Shown here piece by piece: positions 42,560 through 50,273 of a DNA stretch of 50,273 bases. Origin of the DNA: Piedraia hortae CBS 480.64. Lineage: Eukaryota. The translations under genes and the position numbers were made by a program. The notes beneath the pieces were generated by a model. It saw nothing but the letters and a program-made list of their open reading frames with translations. It did no database searches and was not told where the DNA came from. Position 1 is the first letter of the stretch, and the number at the start of each line of letters is the position of its first letter. The stretch spans positions 1 through 50,273 of the forward strand of contig MU006033.1 of NCBI GenBank assembly GCA_010093745.1. Direction: 5' to 3'.

Positions 42560-44004
42560 ATGGTCGTAGACGGAGGGCGCGCTGGCACGGTGCCCATGAA
42601 GCACATTGCGCTCTTGACGGTCAGTCTCTCGCCGAGGCTCTGAGTGAGACTAACAGCCAGCAGCTGGTGTTCCAAAACTCTCTACTGATCCTCGTCATGC
42701 ACTATTCGCGGACAATGCCGCCGGTAGGCGGCCAGCGGTACTTCACCTCGACGGCTGTCTTCCTCAACGAGGTTATCAAGTTGGCCATTTCACTGAGTAT
42801 GGCCCTCTACGACATTGCCAAGAGCCCACGCACGCGCGAGCCATCGACGGCTGCCGGCATCTTTAGCGAACTCGCACGAGGAGTCCTCACCGGCGACAGT
42901 TGGAAGCTCGCCATTCCCGCCGTGCTCTACACGCTCCAAAACAGCCTGCAGTACGTCGGCATCAGCAACCTGGATGCGCCGACTTTTCAGGCCACATATC
43001 AAATCAAGATTCTGACCACGGCGCTGTTTAGTGTCGCGCTGCTGGGCAGGTCGTTGAGCGCCAGGAAGTGGCTGAGTTTGTTGCTGTTGACGGCCGGCGT
43101 GGCTCTGGTGCAGATTCCGACGGAGAAGGGCTATGTCAAGGTTCTGTCGATTAAAGACCTCAAGAACGGAGTCGCCTTCCACTCGCCCCGCAGCATCTGG
43201 GACCTCAAGGCGCTAGGCAACGCAGCTGCTGGTCAGCTCTCCAAGCGTTCAGCCACCTACGAAGGCATAGAAGAGGACGTAGGCCTGGCGAATACGGAGG
43301 CTAATGCCACCCTCGGTTTGCTCGCCGTACTAGTAGCCTGCGTGCTGTCCGGCCTCGCCGGCGTCTACTTTGAGAAGATCCTCAAAGACCGCCGAGGTGA
43401 GCCCCAGGCTGTTTCCATATGGGTGCGGAACGTTCAGGTCAGCTTCTACTCGCTGTGGCCAGCCCTCTTCGTTGGTGTGATAATGAAGGATGGCGAACAC
43501 ATCTCCAAAACCGGCTTCTTCACCGGATACAACTGGGTGGTCTGGCTAGCCATCTTTCTACAGGCCGTGGGGGGTCTTGTGGTGGCCTTGGTTATCAATT
43601 ATTCGTCCACCATTGCCAAGAACTTTGCCACGAGCATGTCCATTCTCGTCAGTTTTCTGGCTAGTGTCTTCTTCTTCGACTTCCACATTACCCGTTTTGT
43701 AAGTTTGACCTGTATGACGGCTTTTAGACTAATGCATGGATAGTATCTCGTCGGGACTGCTACTGTCATCGGCGCCACCTATCTCTACAACTCGGACTCT
43801 GGGACGTCACGTCCTCCTTCAATCAACGTGATCAATTATGAAAAGTCCAACGAGCCAGCATACTTTGACATTGATGCCATTTCGGCCCCGATAAAATCAC
43901 CATCGCTTCGCGGCGAAGCGATATCTACCAGCACACCTACTACGCCTACGTTTGAGAGACGACCAAGGGGCAAGAGCCCAGCACGGGCAAACGTGATGTT
44001 TTGA
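42560..44004 (+). CDS. gms1: UDP-galactose / nucleotide-sugar transporter (SLC35A family)
   Basis: Exons 42560-42619, 42664 (or 42661)-43698, 43744-44004. Motifs LVFQNSLLILVMHYSR, STAVFLNEVIK, LAIPAVLYTLQNSLQY, YQIKILTTA, SGLAGVYFEKILK, WVRNVQ and KNFATS. Confidence 0.88.
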
Positions 44005-44165
44005 ATGGGAGTTGTAGGGGAATTGACGGCGCTTGTGATACCCTTGCACGGTTTATCGTTACGACAATGAGATTTCTATCTGTCCATGTGATTGTGCCCC
44101 GCCAAGCTGTCCAACCTGTTAAGCTTTCCATAACCACCCCTACTTTATTCTCATCCGGAAGGAGA

Positions 44166-47100
44166 ATGGGTGAAGGATTCTTTGGTCTGGTGGATGAACT
44201 GGATGCTCTGGTGCGATCGGACTCCAGCCGTACTCTTGACCGCCAGAGTGGTATTCAGTCACAATGGCACTTTCCATCGCATCATGGATCTCAGCCGCAA
44301 AGTCGAGCTTCACGACAGGGTGGTCCACCACGAAGCCACCTTTCCTGGCAAGGTGGTGCGCCCCAAGGTCAATTTCCATGGCAGGGTGGTCCTTCATCAT
44401 CGAGTCAACCGTCGATCATTCAATTGAGACATTTTGACTTACTTGGTCGGGTGTTCACCTTCTTTAGTGGACTGCATGCTTATACCTTGTAGGTCAGCCG
44501 CCCAGACGTAATGCCTGGAGCAATCAGCCTGCGCAAGGCCACACCCAGGCATCCGCAGGCCATATCCTCCCACAGCAAATAGCTGATGAAGATTTAGCAT
44601 CACACTTACTCCCTGATTTGCCCTCTCAAAGACAGCTGGGTATAAATATTCGAGCACAGCAGGCTGCAGCTGCCAGTCCATCCGCGTCGCCCTCAATAAC
44701 CACCAACTCTGCTCCAATCGTGCAGGGTATCCAGCTCATCCCAACAGGAGTCCTACCTGATCGTCTTCGATCTATCTTTCCGTTTCCGCTTTTCAACGCG
44801 GTCCAGTCAAAGTGCTTCGACTCCATCTATCAAAGTAACGACAACTTTGTTTTATCCTCGCCCACCGGAAGTGGTAAAACCGCCATCCTTGAACTGGCAG
44901 TCTGCCGTATGATTCATGGCTTTGCCCATGGCTCTTATAAGATTGTTTACCAAGCACCCACCAAATCATTATGTGCTGAGCGACAACGTGACTGGCAAGC
45001 CAAATTTGGCCCGCTTGACATTGCGTGTGCTGAACTGACTGGTGATACAACACATTCACATCTTCAAAATGTCCAGCATGCCACCATCATCATCACCACG
45101 CCTGAGAAATGGGATAGCATCACACGCAAATGGAAGGACCACCAAAAGCTCATGCAGATGGTCAAACTTTTCCTCATCGATGAGGTTCACATCTTAAAGG
45201 AAGACCGTGGGCCTACGCTCGAAGCAGTTGTTTCGCGAATGAAATCCGTCGGTTCAGATGTACGATTTGTCGCCCTCAGTGCTACAGTACCGAACTCGGA
45301 CGATATTGCTATTTGGCTGGGCAAGAATCCCACAGATGCGCATCTACCGGCTTTGCGTGAGCGATTTGGCGAGGAATTTCGTCCCGTGAGGCTCCAGAAA
45401 CATGTCTGTGGCTATGCTTCCTCATCCAATGATTTCGCATTTGAGCAAACCCTCAACTCTAAACTTCCAGAGGTAATTACAAAGTGGTCCCAACGCAAGC
45501 CAATCATGGTATTCTGCTTCACTCGCAAGTCGTGTGTCGAAACGGCTAAATTGCTTGCCAATTGGTGGGCTACAAAAAGTCCAAACGATCGCCATTGGAG
45601 TGCGCCACTGAGGCAAATCAATGTCACTGACAAGGAATTGAAATACACGATCTCATCTGCAGTGGCCTTTCACCATGCTGGTTTGCAACCTTCTGACCGT
45701 TTGGCCGTGGAAAAGGGCTATCTTGACGGTGCCGTGAACGTTATCTGCTGCACTTCTACGCTTGCCGTTGGCATTAACCTGCCCTGTCACTTTGTGATAA
45801 TCAAAGGCACTGTAACATATCAGCGTAATTCTGCTGGGTGTAAAGAGTATTCGGATCTGGAAGTTATGCAAATGCTCGGCCGTGCCGGTCGGCCTCAGTT
45901 TGACAGTAGTGCGGTGGCGGTCATCATGACCCGTGCTCACTCTGCCAAAGTCTACGAAATGATGATTGCCGGGCAGGAAGTTTTGGAGAGCTGTCTGCAC
46001 AAACATCTCATTGATCACCTCAACGCTGAAATTAGCCTGGGAACGATAACCAACTCATCAGCTGCCAAGAAGTGGCTTTCTGGTACATTTCTATATGTTC
46101 GTCTCAAAAAGAACACCTCTCATTATGAGCTTGATGGAAAGGGTCTTGGCGAAAACATTGATGAGTGTATCGAGAGCATTTGTAACAACGGTATCGCGAA
46201 ACTGGAAGAGAGCAACCTGATAAAACTGGTGCCTCGATTGAGCTGCACAGAGTTTGGTGATGCCATGGCGCGTTACTACGTGCAATACGACACGATGAAG
46301 ATGTTCATGTCGCTGCCACCCAAAGCTCGAATCTCGGAGATTCTATCTGCCATCGCCCAAGCGAACGAGTTTAGAGACATACGCTGGCGGAACGGCGAGA
46401 AGCAGACATATAAAGAGTTGAACCAGAATGATGGCATCAAGTTTTCCATCCCCATCGCTCTTAATTCGCCAGCACACAAAGTTTCTCTTATCATTCAGTC
46501 CGTTCTTGGCGGCGTAGACCTGCCCACCGACGACGCAAAACAGAAAATTGAATACAACGGCTCGAAGTTGATGATCTTTCAACACACACAGCGTCTCATT
46601 CGCTGCATAATCGACTGCCAGCTCTGCTTGGACGATGCAATAGCCAGCCGAAACGCCTTGATGCTTGCCCGCAGCTTTGGGGCCCAAGTTTGGGACGACT
46701 CGCCCTTGCACATGAAGCAACTAGAAACCGTCGGACCAGTCGGCGTACGCAAACTGTCTGCAGCAGGGATCAAATCGATCGATGACATTGAAGCAGTAGA
46801 TCCGCATCGTTTGGAAACAGCATTATCCCGCAACCCTCCCTATGGATCCCAGCTGCAGAAATATGCCAGTGCTTTCCCCAAACTACGAGTATCACTTCAT
46901 GAAATGGGTAAGCCAATCGTCCAAAAAGATGAAGTCTCCCTTAAGATAAAAGCCGAGCTTGGTTTCCTGAACGAAAAGGTCCCCGAATACTTCCACAAAC
47001 GCCCCGTTTATGTCTGTCTGCTAGTTGAGAGATCCGACGGCACAAAAGTGCACTTTGCACGCATCAGTGCGAGACGTCTCGACAAAGGTCAAGATGCTCC

Positions 47101-48598
47101 ATTCACCGCGCAGTTTACCTCCTTTGGCCAGAGTCTTCGCGCATATGTTATGTGCGATGAGATTGCCGGCACCGCAAAGCAGGCCTTCCTCCAGCCTAAC
47201 ATCCCGAGCAGCATGTTTCCTTTGAACGCAATTGAGAACACACCCAACGTCTCGAAACGGAGACGAACGGCCGAGCAGGTTGCCACTTTGGATCTGACAA
47301 ATGAATATGAACTCGACGAAATCAAAGACTCTGACCTACTTGCTGCCGCTGGAGACCGACATGACGATAGTAATACGTACGTGGACATTGACGAGATTGT
47401 AATCCGACCTTCAAAGCGGCAAAAAACTGCTGCACCTCCAACAAGCGAGCAACCAGCAGCGAAGAAGCTTCCAAATGGAAAGTGGGCCTGCAACCACGTG
47501 TGCAAAGACAAGACGAAATGTAAACACCTTTGTTGCAGGGAGGGGCTTGACAAGCCGCCTAGACCAAAGAAAAAGAACGTCGCTGAGGCGGCTACACCTG
47601 GCGCTAAAGAAACGAACACAACAACAGGGAAGGAAACGAGAGCCATCCTCGGCCTTGACAAAAGCCCACCTGCCACAGAACAAGGAGACTCTCAGCCGAA
47701 ACTGAAATTCGCCCCAAGACGGAACATCCGCATCTCTTCGAGCCCAGACTTGGCTGACTTCGAGGAAGATATTTTTGATCAAGTCCCAATGCCAACTCCG
47801 CTACCGCGCGGTAATATGGAAGACGACAGTGATGACCCGCTAGGCATTGCGGATTGTCTTGTCCCAGCGCCTAGTATGCGTGCACAGAGGAAGCTTACCG
47901 GGTCCTGGGGGAGTGGTACCTATTCTGCGTCTGGTGGGAATGCGGGAGGGCTGGAACCACTTGTTGACTCCTTTGGTGGTGAAGACACTGAGAATGCGGG
48001 TAGCGTTAAAGGCAGTGGCATTGACGTTTTCAGGGAAGATACATCTGTCCCGGACAACACGCATGAACTCATGGACGATGAGGAAGCATTCCCCATTATT
48101 GAAGAAATTACACCTCGCGCAGAGGTTTATCAAGCAGGATCCGCAAACGACGAGGTATCCTCATCCACTGTTCAAGAACCCACAGCTCATGAAGGGGCCT
48201 ATGAACCAGGACCCGCGGACGATGAGGAAGGGTTACCCTCCATTCAAGAGCCTACATCTCTCGAGGAGGTTCACCAACCCGGACCCGCGAACGATGAGGC
48301 ATCATCCCCCACCGAAGAACCCGCTCTCCGCGAAGCGGTCCCTCGACCGGACCTCGCGCACAAATCACATCCCATCCCCCTAGCGGATGAACCCCTCAGT
48401 AAAGAGGAAAATCTTGCCGCGAAACCTATCTCTTGCGGGACACCCAATTATCTCGCCCAAGTTAAACCCACAATCAACGAAAAACACAAACAAGATAAAG
48501 AGAATACTCCCCCCGCACGCGATTCCATGGATGAGGAGGACCCCCTAACGAAATGGTTCATAAGTGAATACGGGTCAGAGTCATTTGAAGTTACCTAA
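44166..48598 (+). CDS. MER3: Meiotic DExH-box DNA helicase Mer3/HFM1 (helicase core, Sec63 unit, C-terminal Zn motif)
   Basis: Exons 44166-44445 and 44493-48598 (47-nt intron). Motifs FNAVQSKCF, SPTGSGKT, IDEVH, LSATVPN, FGEEFRPVRL, TSTLAVGINLP, QMLGRAGRPQFD, and CNHVCKDKTKCKHLCCREG. Confidence 0.95.
48074..48358 (+). repeat. Four degenerate 72-bp (24-aa) coding repeats in the Mer3 acidic tail
   Basis: Units start at 48074, 48146, 48218 and 48290: DDEEAFPIIEEITPRAEVYQAGSA / NDEVSSSTVQEPTAHEGAYEPGPA / DDEEGLPSIQEPTSLEEVHQPGPA / NDEASSPTEEPALREAVPRPDLA. Confidence 0.8.
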
Positions 48599-50273
48599 TC
48601 TTTATAGAATGGGGGTTGCTTGTTGGGGCGTGCAGGCCTGATATCTTGGGGGATGTTGGGATGATATGTATATGGATGTATGAGTGATGTGTATGTTATG
48701 TAGGTATGAGATGAATGGTATCTCTATAGATGATGTAAGGAGCTGGTGGTTCTGATGAGGGATTAGGAGCGCTTCGCGTGGACTCGCTGATGAATGTACC
48801 CTCTTAAACGGAAGATGCTGCTTTATCGATTACAATCTGCCTACATACATGTAAACTATTCCCGCCAAGACTGCACAATCACACACCCCCCACGATGAAG
48901 TCACTACAGGATTATTGAAACGCTACTCTTGAACCCGAACAGTGCAGAAACCTACACACTCTTCTCCAGTAATCAGCATCTTACGCCATATAACCCGATG
49001 AAGACCGGTACCAACTTCGCGTCAGCTGGCGGTAGTACAATGCCAGCGACACTGTGCTCCCGAACATGAGCACGCTCAGCGGTCGCGGAAACGAGTTCCA
49101 AAAATGAGAAAAATCAAAGAAGTCTCCGTAGAGGCGTTTAAAAGGTTTGCACTGAAATCAGAGGTTCGAAGAGCCTGTATGGCCCAGCTGCAGGGTTGTA
49201 TTTCAGCCTGTAAAGGGAGCAATCTCGCAAAGTCGCAGGCCTGAAAGAGGTTTTGCTTGTCCAATGTCACATGCCTGTACATGCTTTTGGTCGCCCGAAC
49301 ACACTGAGCACAATAGGGCTTTGGATACTTTCCTGATCAGAATACCTGGCAGAAATGTGCTTCCAGCACGCTCAAAAGCACGACGGTATCTCAGCAGCAG
49401 AAGGAGACGCGTTGACACCGATCCGACTACTCTACAGCAAGAGGAGCCGTGTATGAGAGTCAGTATGCTACGTAGATCGAAACGCTGGACAGTTGTAACT
49501 AGCTAGTAAGAGCGTATTGTGTTCTCTATAGACTGCTCTACGCGAACGTGTCAACGTGCGGCACGGGCCGCTCCGACAGGATGCTCCGCACTTTGCCGTC
49601 AGTTACCGCATTGGGAATAACGAAATAGGCATTGGCAGAAGATAGATCGAAGAAAGCGCGGAAGCTGTCGTCAACAATCGTCAACACCTCCTAACCAACC
49701 CCGGATGCGCTCAATCCTGGTGGGAATGCGCGAGATATTACTGCGCTCGCAACCTAGTCTATTTCCCAGTGCTTGCGAACATTCGTCTTGCCCGTAGCAG
49801 CAGCGGCGACGATGTAGCAGACGATTCAAACGTACATTTTGGCAGTGCGATGTGGGCGATGAGAATGTTGATTTCATGACAGGTACAATGTACGACGCGT
49901 GGACCGGCGTGAATGACCTGAAAGCTTAGTAAGCATATTGACCACTCTGACGTTAAAGCGTCAGGCTGTCAGAATGCCGAAAGCAGTAATCAAAGCCGCC
50001 CGAAATGGAAGGTCCTGAGTGATCAGAATGAAGCATCCGCTCAACCCATTCTGATCAGTTTATTTCGGCATACCATAGAGTAAGCGCTCAGCCTGAATGA
50101 AACCCTGATCAGATATCACTGGTGTGGACAGGAAACAGCGATGAAAGAAAGACAACGCGACTGCCCGCCCGAGCCGGCGGGCGGAACTATATACAAGAAA
50201 ACAACTAATCTATTAGCGACAAAAATGTCGATCATACGATCGACATGCCGAGGCACCGGCAAGGATCAACATT

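Noticed and set aside
50230..50273. GCCGGTGCC on the minus strand, resembling the start of a fungal TPP riboswitch
   Set aside because: The core CTGAGA...ATAC and TGATCTGGATAATACCAGCG elements are absent.
1..50273. Transposase, retroelement, CRISPR array or secondary-metabolite backbone genes
   Set aside because: None were seen: no RT, integrase or DDE motifs, terminal repeats, spacer arrays, or PKS/NRPS domains.

Overview
This is a gene-dense, intron-poor region of a filamentous ascomycete (Pezizomycotina-type) genome. It holds about 24 protein-coding loci with short GT-AG introns, one dispersed 5S rRNA gene and one assembly gap inside a GAG/GAA repeat. Recognisable genes are NAD(P)HX dehydratase, tef1, a DUF3074/START-like protein, two nucleotide-sugar/DMT transporters, an ING-PHD protein, RAM1, DLT1-like, ARE sterol acyltransferase, COQ3, a DHA2 MFS pump, TOP3, EFM4, APD1-like, an OB-fold protein, a class I/II aminotransferase and MER3. 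The most unusual element is a head-to-head pair of Ulp1/C48 SUMO-protease paralogues. One is a decayed pseudogene that keeps the H/D/Q/C catalytic residues. The other is a long, largely intact, disordered protein whose catalytic Cys is replaced by His. Two spliced small secreted Cys-containing proteins, incomplete or absent in the ORF track, were also reconstructed. All gene models and family calls were made by eye from motifs and splice signals; no searches were run.
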